The notes under the pieces: model-generated
Databases searched by the model: none
Seen by the model: the letters and a program-made list of their open reading frames with translations, nothing else
What the model was told of the DNA's origin: nothing
Shown: one piece after another, positions 40,633 to 52,700 of the stretch
How the letters are laid out: each line of letters begins with the position of its first letter
Position numbering within the stretch: the first letter of the stretch is position 1
Translations under genes and position numbers: made by a program
NCBI RefSeq assembly: GCF_964194025.1
Contig: NC_134475.1
Coordinates: 6,820,001 to 6,884,000 of the forward strand
DNA from: Convolutriloba macropyga
Taxonomy: Eukaryota
Direction of reading: 5' to 3'
DNA: 64,000 bases

Positions 40633-42009
40633 AAAATGAGTTTCCATAAGCACATTACTATCACAACAGTTCTTACAACTGGCAGGTCGTGAGAATGCAG
40701 TTTTTCAATTTTAGGAATCAAAATAGAGTTTTCGTATCCATCGAATTTTTCATATTAGATAGTCAGGATTTTAAATTTAACCGCATTTTTGGGGGGTCAT
40801 ATTTTCAATAACTCTATCTAAATTCAAAGCTGAGTTGATTCGCATTCATCTCGACATTCCATGTTTTCATTAAAAATAGTCAATACTATAGCATCGTCCG
40901 ATTATATTTTCATACAGTTTCCACAATTTCAACTTTGTTCTGGTCCGACTCAGAAATTCAGTTATATGCACTTCAGAAACATTCTGTACACATTAGGTAG
41001 CATCGGTGGAATACGGAATGCTCTCACTACAAAAGCTATAGATTTCGATTTGGACAACAATTCTACTGTTAAAGTATGAAAAATATTCGTGTTCAATGTC
41101 AAGTGTGCAGTGCAAACGCTCTTTAGGCGATGTTCAAAATAACTTTTGCAACATGTGTTATCAAGGGTACGTCTTCAACATTTGAACAATTGAAAGCTAA
41201 CTATGTCTCAAAAATGACATGTGTTCTTTAATCAAAAATATTATCTTGTGCTGGTCAAAATCAATTTATTTTTAATCAACTTTTTGAAAGACTTGTATCT
41301 CAAAACTTTCCGACAATGATAAACGAGTGAAAAGTTTTCAAGACGGCGAAACTTTGAACACCTTAACTACAAAAGGTTAAAGAACAACCTAAATAAATTC
41401 ATAGACCAGACGATTTAAAAAAACATAGCCAGTAGGACTGAGAAAATAAACCCAAAACAAAATCTCATCGTAAGAAAACCTCAAACACCAAATTGTACAA
41501 AAAAACCTCAAAAACCTAGTTGTAAAAAATCTCAAAAACTAATTGCAGAAAAGCTCAAAGACCTAAGCCATCTTCAAAAATAAAAAAGCTTCCACAATAA
41601 TGAGAAAAAGTAAGTCCCTGAAAACAGAGCAAACAGAAGCCTCTAACACAGATGAAATAGTTTCCAAAAAACTCGATCCTGCCATGGAAAAGGGATCACT
41701 TAACTTCTTTTCAATAAGGTACCTCAAGGCTCCATACCTAGCTTTACAAAAAACTTTAATCTAGAAATTGCAAACTCACAAAATATTCGAATTTGAAAGT
41801 AAAGAGTAACTCACAGACAAAATAACCCTTTTCTTATAATTGGTTCAAAAAATCTCCTATAATATTAAGAACCTACAGATGTAACCTACAGTAGTAACCT
41901 ACAGATCTTACTATAAGTGTTAAGTCATCAAGATCAAGAACCACCCTTCGCTCCAAAAAATTGTCTCCTCAACAGTTTCGATGAATTGCAGAGATAGAGA
42001 CCAGTAAGG

Positions 42010-42900
42010 CGTACGGCTCTAAAAGACCTGATCAGCCACTTAATGCTCTCAACGATTTGCCTGCTGTTTATTCTGTTTTTGAAGACGAAAAGTTAAAAGG
42101 ATCAAACAAAAAATCTGTCAAGCAACAAATCTCATTGAAAAAGACCACATGTCTGATATAATTGCCACAAATTTCGTTTGAGGGTAATTTTAAAATAAGA
42201 AAAATAATTAAAAACTGTTCTGACAAAATTAAGTGATTAAAAACTAAGCTTCAATTGCCTAGGTAGTGACAAAAAGATGCGACACGTGAACGAAAATTCT
42301 CGCTCCAAATCAAAAACTTGCTCATACAACATTTTGTCACTAGATTTCAAACGCAGTTTCAAAAAATCAAACTTAAAAACTGGCTGTTTCTTTTGCTTTA
42401 CATTTAAGCGTACCAAAAACCTAATACAATTTGATTTTCATTGACATAAATTTCTTTTTAAAATGTGAGAGCAGATTTGTCTTTTTTTTGAGAAAAACAT
42501 AATAGAATTGTAATGAAGATAACCACGAGTACCGCAATATAACTTCGCTTACCTTACAGCTTATAAAAATCAAAGTAAATTTAAAGTTTGATTCTCAAAA
42601 GAAAGACGGAGGAGGGATAGGAGAAAGACGTAGGATGAGGTTTTACATTAAGAACCGCCCTTCACACCATCAAATTTGTCCTTAATACAGATTTGGTGGA
42701 TCGCATACTTAAGTACTAGAAAGACTCTAGCTGCTCCGCCACTTAATGAAGTCCGGGATTTACCTGTTTATCCTGTTTTAAAGGAAGAAAAGATTAAAAG
42801 ATCAGACTAAAAATAGGTCAAGCAAAAATCTCATTAACAAACCACAACCACAGGACTAATATAATTGCTACAAATTACGTTTGAGACTAATGAAAAAAAT
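42010..42900. repeat. Two copies (about 42010-42190 and 42720-42890) of the cagccacttaatg subfamily sharing the H2 terminal hairpin; other copies at about 6975 and 44013
   Basis: Shared ctcagccacttaatg...ctgtttat.c.gtttt.gaaga.gaaaag...gtcaagc...taattgc.acaaatt.cgtttgag. Confidence 0.6.
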
Positions 42901-43507
42901 TACGTTTGAGACTACCAAACAAACAGTTTCAGTGAGTCTTATGGCCAACAATTGTTGTCCATCTTGGAAGTACAGCGTTGAATTGAGCACTTTGAGCGCC
43001 TTGCTCTAAAAATCTCAATAATTGAAATAAACATTTGAATATTGCAATTCTTCATATTTTTTACACTGGAGAGCAATAAACTTATCTTTACAATATAAGC
43101 TTGACAGAACAGGTTCAAAGCTATACTTTGAAACATTGTACCTTTATGTCCGATTAGCCATTCGACAAAAAACCATAAACACGCCAACGACGAAGAATTT
43201 ATATGTAACTTTTAACAGGGGAGTGAATAGTAGCCTGGATAATTTCACAGAAGCCTCAAAAAGATGTTAATGGAGCTAATTTTAGACGACTAACAAGACT
43301 TTGATTGAACAAATGAAATCAATTTTGCTACTCTTTTCACTTAACTTTTAGTAGTTGACTTCCACCAATTCAGTGCAACTGCCTAGTATTGCGAATGAGG
43401 GAGAAATTTAGATTACAAGAGTAAGAAGTTAAAACGTCTTGAGTGAAAGCGTCACTCGGAAAACTGCTCAAATTTTTTTGCTAAGACACATACGATTACA
43501 ATAATTG

Positions 43508-43668
43508 GGATCTATTCTGTTCCCCCCATCAGTGTTTTTATGCCCCCAATTAAAATTTCTGCGTTGTTATATAACATGTTAGTAAGCAAAATTTAGCACG
43601 TGTACTTGGAGGGCGCAAAACTGATATGCCAATTAAGCTGTGGGGGGGGGGGGGGGCAAAATAGATCC
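43508..43668 (+). mobile_element. GGATCT-MITE
   Basis: ggatctattctg...aatagatcc; flanks aataattg / aataatta. Confidence 0.9.
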
Positions 43669-44368
43669 AATAATTAATTCAAATAAATATAAATTTTTCA
43701 AGATATTTATATTACCATTTTGAAAACCTACCATCTTCATGAGTCTTGCTGGAGTTAAAAATGGGAGTACCCAGATGGAGCTGACGGATGCTAGCATTAG
43801 GGGGTGGGTGTGAGCGGATTTGGGCTCTTGGGGGGGGGGGGGTAAAAGGTCAAGTGGGCGGGGTTAGGGGTTGAATGCGAGGGAGGGGCGGGAGTACTGG
43901 TGCAGGACAAGCAGGTGGGCTCAAATCGCCAGGTGGAGGAGAGTAGGGGTTGAGGGGCGTCAGACTTCAACTAAGAGATTGGGGCTCAATGTGATTCCCT
44001 ACTTCGAGTAAGGCTCTATGAGAGCTACTCAGCCACTTAATGCCCTCCGGGCTTTACTTGTTCATGCCTTTTTTGAGGATAAAATGTTAAATGCGTCAGA
44101 TAAAAAAATCAATTTGAGAACAATTAAAAAAAGAAGCTAGAAGAAGATAATTTCTGATAAAAAAAAATCAAAACAGTTTTAGACGTTTTCAAAAAAATAT
44201 TCAAGGAAAGCATTCTTAAATTGACCAAAAAGCAATCAAAACAGAATAAAATGAAATTTGAAGTGTGAAAACTTCAGATTTTCACCAAAGGTTAAAACTA
44301 TTGGCGTCAAAAGCGAACAAGATGCAACTTTTAAAATGCCAAAAATATTTGAGTGTTGACCGACTAAC

Positions 44369-44470
44369 CTGTTGTTGGCAAGAGGCCAGAAGTGATGCAG
44401 TAGTGAGGCCAGTCCACATTAGCCAGAGGACGGGAAAGAGGAGAGGAACCAGAGGTATCAAAATGTAGAT
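44369..44470 (-). CDS. TMEM94: TMEM94 exon (IYILIPLVPLLFPVLWLMWTGLTTASLLASCQQQ), transmembrane segment
   Basis: Inside ORF 44282..44515; acceptor tgtttgcag, donor CAG|gttagt; PLLFPVLW motif. Confidence 0.92.
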
Positions 44471-47149
44471 CTGCAAACAGTCAACATCATCAATATCAAC
44501 AAAGTCACAACTCAATAAAATTACATACAGTTTACAGGCAAGTAAATAGCGAGCGAATTGAAAACATTCTCCATCAGCTTAAAAAAATTGATAAAAAACA
44601 TAATTTTTAAGATTTTTCAGGATTAGCTTCAATTAATGACAAACTGCTTTAATTCCAGTTTATGTCACAAATATCCATCTATCTTTCTGATAACATAACT
44701 ATGCGTAAGTATCACTGATTTCGTTAATATAAAAATTGAAATAAACATCACTTTATCAAACAAAATAGTCCTTTACTTCTGTCACATGACTCAAGTCGGA
44801 AAACAGTGCTTACTTTTTGAAAGAAACTTTTAAAAATCATTAAATACGCATATCATAGTTAAAAAATATAAACAATATCTCGGTCTAGTTAGCTACATTT
44901 TTGCACCAGCACCAAAGCAATCTTTCAAACCGAAAACGAAAATTGACCCCAAAAACCAGAACCGAAAAACACCCCTAAATAATCAAATTCGCATATTAAA
45001 CAACCGATTCATTCTCAAATTAAATGCTAACAAAACTCACGTATGCGCGTGAAATCATTTTTTAAAATGAAAACCAGCACGTATATCACTGCTTATTGTT
45101 TTGTGAACAGAATAAAATTGTGCCAAAATTGATCAAATGTCAATCAGCATCAAATTGTGAACAAAAAGAGCAACAGACAATATTAAATGTCTAGACAGTT
45201 TAAGTGCATTATGATAATCAGAATAATCGCTTGTTTATGCCCACAATAACAAAACATAGAACCACTTCACAATAAACAATAACAGCCATCAAGTGTGATC
45301 AAATTGAAGGTCTCTTATTTTTTTCGTATGCCATTATCTCACATTCAGTAACTCTTAAAAGCAGAACTGCACCAAAAAAAAGAAAAACTCATTTTCATTT
45401 ATAAGCTACAAATATAATTTTATTTCCGTGGGGGCTTATTTTCTATCTAAAATTAAGTCAGGGCTTTCTGTAGGTTTTTTTCCGAAACCCAACTACAAGT
45501 AACTGGCGAATGTGATCAAATGCGATCTCACATTCTTTTATCCCCATTTGACCAAATTGCATTCCCTTACATTCGGTATTTAATGGTGTTCCTTAAAAAT
45601 TCCAAATTTTTTAAGCAAAAATAAGGAAAAAGACAAAAGAAATTTCTGATTGTTTTTTTACTAAAGTTCTAATAAAAATTAAATTATAAAGTTTGAAAAA
45701 CTACAAATAACTTGAAATATTCAAATATTACAGTCAGCTGCCTAGTTATATAAACTGAATAGATAAATACATCATAGAGCTCGATATTTTGTTTAATACG
45801 TTTCAAAATGAGTTCAAAAAGGGGACTTAAAAACTCTACTCAATAAAGTCAATTTATAACCTTGGAAAGGATCATTTCGAAGAAAATTCATTAAAACATT
45901 TTGTTTGAAGACAAATACAGGAAGCATTTAACATGATCCGATTTGAAATTTTTAACCAACTTATAGCGACAGAACTTGTTCATATGACTAATCTCCAATT
46001 ATTACAAACCATTTTTAAACTTAGGTCCAATCAAGATTGAATAAGTTCAGACGTTGAGTAAGCAAAATTCAAAAGCAGAGATCAAGGCCTAGTGCAACAG
46101 TGAAGAGCAATTAATAACTCGCGACAAATTCACATCTGTTATAGATTCACACGTGCTCTACTTCAATTAGTAAACATAGCCGATAGATTGCCCGCAAATA
46201 GCCGCCGTTGACTCCAACAGACCGACTTCGGGATTGGAGCAGTTGGAAAAAAATAGAAAAATTGACGACAGCCTATTTTTTTCTAGATGTCAAAAAGTTT
46301 TATAATTTGGCCAGCAGGTCAATTCAATTCGATAAATATGGTGAACTCAGCCTCTAAACTGGAAGACAATAGGCTTACTAATTCCGATTATCCAAATACT
46401 CTATGGAACGTTGATAACTTAATTCAAACAATACGTCTTAGCTCAGGGCGTTACTGCATTATCACGCTTTCTTTTATTTCGTTTTTTTTTACTTTGAGCG
46501 TACTCGTGTAAAATGAACTCTAAATGACATTCGGTTGTAACATTGAGTAAGGTGAGTTAGAAGTCGACACTAAAGAAGTCGAGTTAGAAGTCGAGGTAAA
46601 ACAAAAAAAAACTGATAGAAAGAAAGAATGAACTAAAAACAAATCAGGACAAATCTTGAATTACAATCCAAAAACTGAACCAACTAAACTCGACTGTCAG
46701 CCTCCGTAGCAGCTCAAAATTTCATAGACTAAGTAACTTAGAACAAAAACACGAAAACAAAAAACAAGTACAACCTCACGTATCAGTTTTTTTTTAAAAA
46801 AGATACTATTAAGTCATTGAAACCAATGACAAGATATTAAGTAAACGTTTACACAATGAGAACCAATATGGCAAACAACAATATAGTAGAAAAAAAATGA
46901 GAGACAAAGTATGAAGGACAAGTAGAGAATTGAGAGAAACTCAAATTGAACCAAACTCTGTGACATAAATTGCATATAGTTGCATATAAATGAAATGAGT
47001 ACCAAAAACTTCCAATCTGTAGACCATAAAACAGCTATTTAGCCAAAAAAAACTCAATCGGCAAAAAACACAGCATTTTTTTAGCGAAACAACCAAGGGA
47101 TGTAACAGAACTAATAACAAACGCAGCCAACAATGAGCAGGCACACATT

Positions 47150-48360
47150 TTTTTTATCATCTAGACGACAATGTCTTAAATTAGATGCTTTTACGTCAGA
47201 TAGCCTCCCAGTTGATAGTGGTTTTTTCTCAAAGAAGTGTGTTAGGACCGGTTTTATTTTATTCTCTTTGATGACATGATCAACATACCCGAAGTATCGA
47301 ACTTTTTCTGCTACGCTGACGACACAACATTCCTCTGCCAATGCGACTTCTGCTTGAAGAGTGCTCAAATTGATAAACACTCGTTACGATTATGCGCTTA
47401 TTGTAACTATTTGCCTTTAAATACATCTAAAAGCCGATATTTACATCTGGGTAGAATGTCATTGGAAAATATATTTCTCGGTGATGTCGAGATATCTTCG
47501 CTTTATAATATTACGGATCGTGGAATTAAGGTATCCAAAACCTTGAAGTGGAGTCTTCATAATCAAATAAAAATAATCAAACAAAGCTAGTCAATCAATC
47601 AATTACCTAACGCACAGTATTCGTGTTAATCGCCAATCAGCAGTTAAATTTAGATTTTTCAAGTCATGTATTTTGTCGGTTCTACTATATAGATACCACG
47701 CTTGGTTTCCTGAAAACTTGGATCTACGAAGATTAGAACAGTTCAATATCCATGGCTGGTGCTTTGGTTAAAATGTGACTACTCCTCCTTACTAAAAACA
47801 TCAAACTCTGCCAAAATACTCTTAACTAGCGAGTATAACCGAGCGTGATATACGTGTTTTAAAGGAAATCTTAAACAATGAGAAGTGCATACATTTTGAC
47901 AGATTTTTCAAGTTGGAGTCCAAGGTCTTAAACCTATGAACTATTGTTCGTGAACAGCTGACAATCACACGAGCCGAGAAAAAAATAGAGGAAATCAATT
48001 TTCTTTCAGTTGAACGTTTTATAAGTGAGGCCGCGGATTTACTCAATTTCAGCATCATTTCAAGGATATTTATAAATCCAATAAAGCATCTCAGAATCTA
48101 ATAATGGCAATGGGAAACGATAAACATGATTATGACGTATCTTGCACATGGTACCTTAGTTAGGCGTATATGTTAGCATGATAGCATGATTTTTTGATCA
48201 ATTGTGCTTCCAATTTTCTAGCTCTTTTACCTAATTTGTATCATTTTTCTCTTTATGCTACCATTTTATCAAAATACTTTATACCCTCAGAAGACATACT
48301 TACTACAACTACAACTAGTGCTACTGCTATTACTAATGGGTACTACTATTACAACCACTA
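47150..48360 (+). mobile_element. 5'-truncated, decayed CR1/L2-type LINE (reverse transcriptase C-terminal half with (TAC)n-like tail)
   Basis: SG..Q.SVLGPVLFILF, then CYADDT, LPLNTSKS..LHLG and D.GI.VS..LKW..H (ORF 47276..47590); frameshifts and stops; degenerate tactac/tacaac tail at about 48296-48360. Confidence 0.85.
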
Positions 48361-48579
48361 AAAAATTCAAGTCTGATAGTCATTTTATTTTAATACAAGG
48401 CTAAATTGTTTTGTTTTTTAGCCTAAATACTGCGCTCAAAAGATATGCATTATTTCATTCGACTACAGTCAATTCAATGACAATTGAGAAACTAGAAAAC
48501 GGCAGCTTGCCTGTAGAAAAGTTCGAAAGCTGGATAATTAATTAAAAATTTTGACCTTACAGCCTCCAATCTATTTTTC

Positions 48580-49700
48580 TTACCCAACACTGTTGGTAAC
48601 TTAACGATGGTATTATTGCTGGAACAGAACCCGAACTGAACGAGGCTTTAGACACATTGACTGTATCGGGCAAAACTTGCGGCCTAGAACTCAGAAGAGA
48701 CAAATGTGAGGTCTGGTCAAAAGGAGCTCTGAACACGATCGATAGCAGAATTAAAAGAAACAGTAGAGAAGGACTTGAAAAACTGGGTGCTGCTGTTGGA
48801 TCCCCCCGATTCGTTGCTTCCTCGATACAGAAGCGTTACTGGAAAACCTCGAGTACATAAACGACCCACAGTGTGCTCTTGGCATTCTACGTAGTTGCCT
48901 GGGTGCACCACAAGTGGTGTATTCACTGCGCTGCAATACACCATCAGAGGAAAATATAAATATTTTCGAGGAACTTGACTCGCTTCAAAGCACAACCTTT
49001 TAGAATATACTGGGAACAGTCTTGTCCAATGAATCATGGCATCAAGCATGTTTGCCTATCAATGAGACTGGATTTGGAATCCGACGAGCGTCTGATCAGA
49101 TAAAAGCAGCCTATATTGGTACGGTATCGCAGTCTGCTACATTAGTAGAGCTTATAACTGGCCAACGTCCGACAGCAGATCACACTTTTTCCAAAATGAT
49201 TGACGAAAAAAATGGTTTGTCAATATTGGAGCTTACTCAAAGCAAAATACAGGAAGTCCTCGACGAAGTTGCTCTCAATAAAATAATTGAAAATCAAACG
49301 TCCGAAAGAGAAAAAGCTCGTTTATTGTCACTCTCTCTGCCACAATAAGGAGCATGGTTATCGGCAGCTCCCATACCGGCTCAATTTATTCCCATGGCTT
49401 TTGAATCATTTGGAGAAATTGAAGCGAATAGCTCTGCTCACTGACAACAGAAGTTTGTACTCAGCTGGTTTGTCAGTTGCTTTCAGCAGGCTTACGCAAT
49501 CGGTTTCAGTCAAACTAATGCGAGGAAACGCTATAATGTTGATAGCAAGAAGCGCAGAACTGTGAGCCAGCTGCAGGCAAAAAAGGCTCCTTAATGTCTC
49601 ATGACTTTCGATTGTGCGGGTTTCAGTATCCCAATTGCAAACCAGATATTGTGGGTTCCACTATCCTAGTAGAAAACCGATTGTATGAATCCAAATGAAA
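48580..49700 (+). mobile_element. Decayed CRE-clade-like non-LTR retrotransposon fragment (RT 3' part and restriction-like endonuclease end, internal deletion)
   Basis: W*LNDG (WYLDDG-like), GLEL..DKCEVW, LGAAVGS, ILRSCLGAP.VVYSLR, WHQACLP....GFGIR, KARLLS...GAWLSA.P, PMAFESFG and QSVSV.LMRGNA across several frames. Confidence 0.75.
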
Positions 49701-52700
49701 ACATGATTGATTAAGTTTAATTAATTATGAGTTTTTATTCTTACCTGACCAAAGTGCGGAGAATAGAAAAATATATTTCATATCTGGAAAACTTATATGA
49801 ACTGCTGAAAACTGATTTGTTGAACTGGTGATCTGCTGTTTTATAAACCTAGTCATGGTAACCAAGTTAATTGATAATACAAATTTATTCTTTAAAATTA
49901 AGATTATTCAAATCTATTTTTAATCCGTTCTGATAGCTTGACGGTAATAAGATCGACTTTAAAGCGAAATTCGGGTTATTACACATGCTTTATTTGTTCT
50001 CAAGGTTGTTTATTTTAAAAAACTAAAATTTGAAAACCTAAACTGACTAAAGCCTAAACTTGATTTCACTTTGCTAGAACTATTTTTTTCAGATTAAAAT
50101 AAAATCGTAAAATGTTGCCCAGAAGAGTAAAATTTGAGCAATTTTTGAAAAAAAACTAGACATTCAAATTAAATTTAATTATTTAAAATAAGAGAATAGA
50201 TCGAACGATTCTAAAGTCGGCTAATATTTTAGATTATTCGTTCTAACTATAACATTGGAAGTAGCGCTGTTTTCAACTATTGAGCATACCATTACCACTA
50301 AAAATTGCTGGATACGAAACTAAAAATACGAAACTAAATTGCTGGATGAATAAAAAGTTGAAAATGGAATTTTTCCGCTTAGCTCATTTGAATCACACTT
50401 ACTGAATCTGTTTCACTCTATTTGGGGCTTTGATTAACTATTTTACTCTATCCAGTAGATTTCTAATTTAAATTTTGACCTAAAATTCTATATCACGTGC
50501 CTCTATTTCGCAGCGTAATTTGTATCGTGAAAAAGTGAAAGATTTTTGAGAACTTTACTTCCATAGCAAATATCGGTAGTATAAAGATTTGTATAAAGAT
50601 CAAATACAATTTGAAAAAGCTGAAAAGGATCTTTTAAATATCTTCCAGCTGACTAACAAAAGTTTTTGACAAAAAGACGATCATTTTCTTTCTCACACCA
50701 GGCTGTTTCAATTCAGTCAATAAGTGCTGTTGTTACAGAGAACAAAGTGACTAAACTCTCAGGCAGGTTAGAACGGGTGTGCTCCTAGGTAGCTACTTCC
50801 ATAAATGCACCAATTTAAAAATACTTTTCATTCGATCAATCTATAATATGATAAGAATACATGCATCAAATACTGATAAAACTTTTTTCATTAGGTATTA
50901 CGAAACTATGCCCTTGAGTTCTTAAAACACGAAATACTATTTTCCATTTTATTAACGTAGCTTTACACTGACGAAGAACAAGCAATTTTTTATTTGTGGA
51001 GTAGCATAGGAAAACACGCCCCTGTTGTAAAAATAATTAAATTCAGTGGCCATTAAGTGGCAATAAAAGAGATTTGGAGGAAACTGAGCAGTCATAACTG
51101 AGCTGCAAAAACAATTTCTCCTCTTAATGAGGATAAACATAACTCAGACAGAACTTAAGTTCATTATCATGAAAAGAAATATACCCAGGTTAAATTTTTG
51201 TGATACAAAATTTGCCTTCAGCAAAGTAGGTAAACAATCAAGATTTCCATTGTTGCAATGTTTCTAATGACATTAAAATTTTGCAGACATTGCAAAAAAT
51301 AAATAAGGCGTTGAAGACCGCCAGTTGAAAAAAGATGTAAAAAAGGAGACAGGCTTAGTTACCAAAATAACAAAACTCTTTAATAGATGAAAAGGGATTG
51401 AAATGCAGCGTTAAAAGAAAACATAACATCAAACATAGCGGGCAGATTGCCCAAGAACGAAATTAGAAAGAAAAGTTTTATCACAAAGATAGCAACGGAT
51501 ACGGAATTTAGTTGAAGTTGTTGATGCAATCTTACATTCTCTGAAAAATTCTTTGAAACTATTTGAACCCAAGTTCTTCGACAATTCAAATAGTTGATGT
51601 CATTTTTGCCAGACTGTTTTATTACCAACCATCTTTAATTACATTAGAGTCTTTTACGCACCTTGAAGGGGATTACAGTAACCTCAAATGACGTTAAAAT
51701 TACTGAAAAAAGTTATTTGAATGTACATTTTTTTTCTGATAAAATAATAGTTACTCAATTTAACTTCAAAATTACTTGAAAAGAGTTTATCGCTGCCAGA
51801 AAGAAGTATAATAGCAGTGAAATAAAGACATGAGAAAAAAATCACTTTCCACTTTCGACACGTGAAAAAAAGTAAACCGAAAATGAGCGTCAAGCGGCTT
51901 GTTAAAAAAATGTGAAGAAAAAATTGAAAAGAAACATTGTGACACATATTGTGACACGTCATGTTACCCGTTCATTCACGTTGCACTGCATTAGAAAAAT
52001 AGCAGAGACGAACAGCAGAGTAGACAAAAAACCGAGGAGTCCATAGAAGAAATCATTTTATATTTTAATTTCCAGAGTTTGATTAAAAATTTCCTCTGCT
52101 TTTATACAAAATGTGCATAATAATAGTTGCCAGAATCCGAAATAAAAAAAACCAATCTGAGTTCCTATACAGCAGTTTGATAGTTGAAAAAACTTAAGTT
52201 TTAATTTTTTTATAAAAAAAACGCACCTTTTTATAAAATTTCCTCTTCACTTCTCTTTCTTTGAAACTAGAAACTCAAATCAACTGCTTGCTACTTCAGC
52301 TTCCCAAATGTTTACAACTGTTCTATAAAAAATCAAAAGCTCTAAGTCCTTTTGAATTTCTTATTGCTAATCAAGCCAGTTAACTTACTTACAAGCATAT
52401 CTCACCATCAATAACTCCATTCAGTTGAAAGTTTTCAAGCTAACTATATCACCGAAAAGAATTGCTTTTTTTGATCGTCTCACAAAATATTATTTAGAAA
52501 AAGACGGAGAATCTGAGCTAAAGCACAGAAGCGTGAAGCTCTTTATTGTTCCAACCCACCTTGCTCGACTGGCTTTCTTTTTGTTCAGGCAATTTTGGAC
52601 AATCGATATATTCATGGTGGAAAACTGAGTGATATCATTAAAAAGACCGCCCGGCGTATAATATAAATGGAAAACTTTTTTTGAATTTCGATTTCTCCAC

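Noticed and set aside
41028-43780. Two possible extra small exons (43732-43780 and 41028-41065) that together would keep frame between 44369 and 40376
   Set aside because: Both are needed to keep frame, the first has a weak acceptor, there is no homology support, and the direct join already works.
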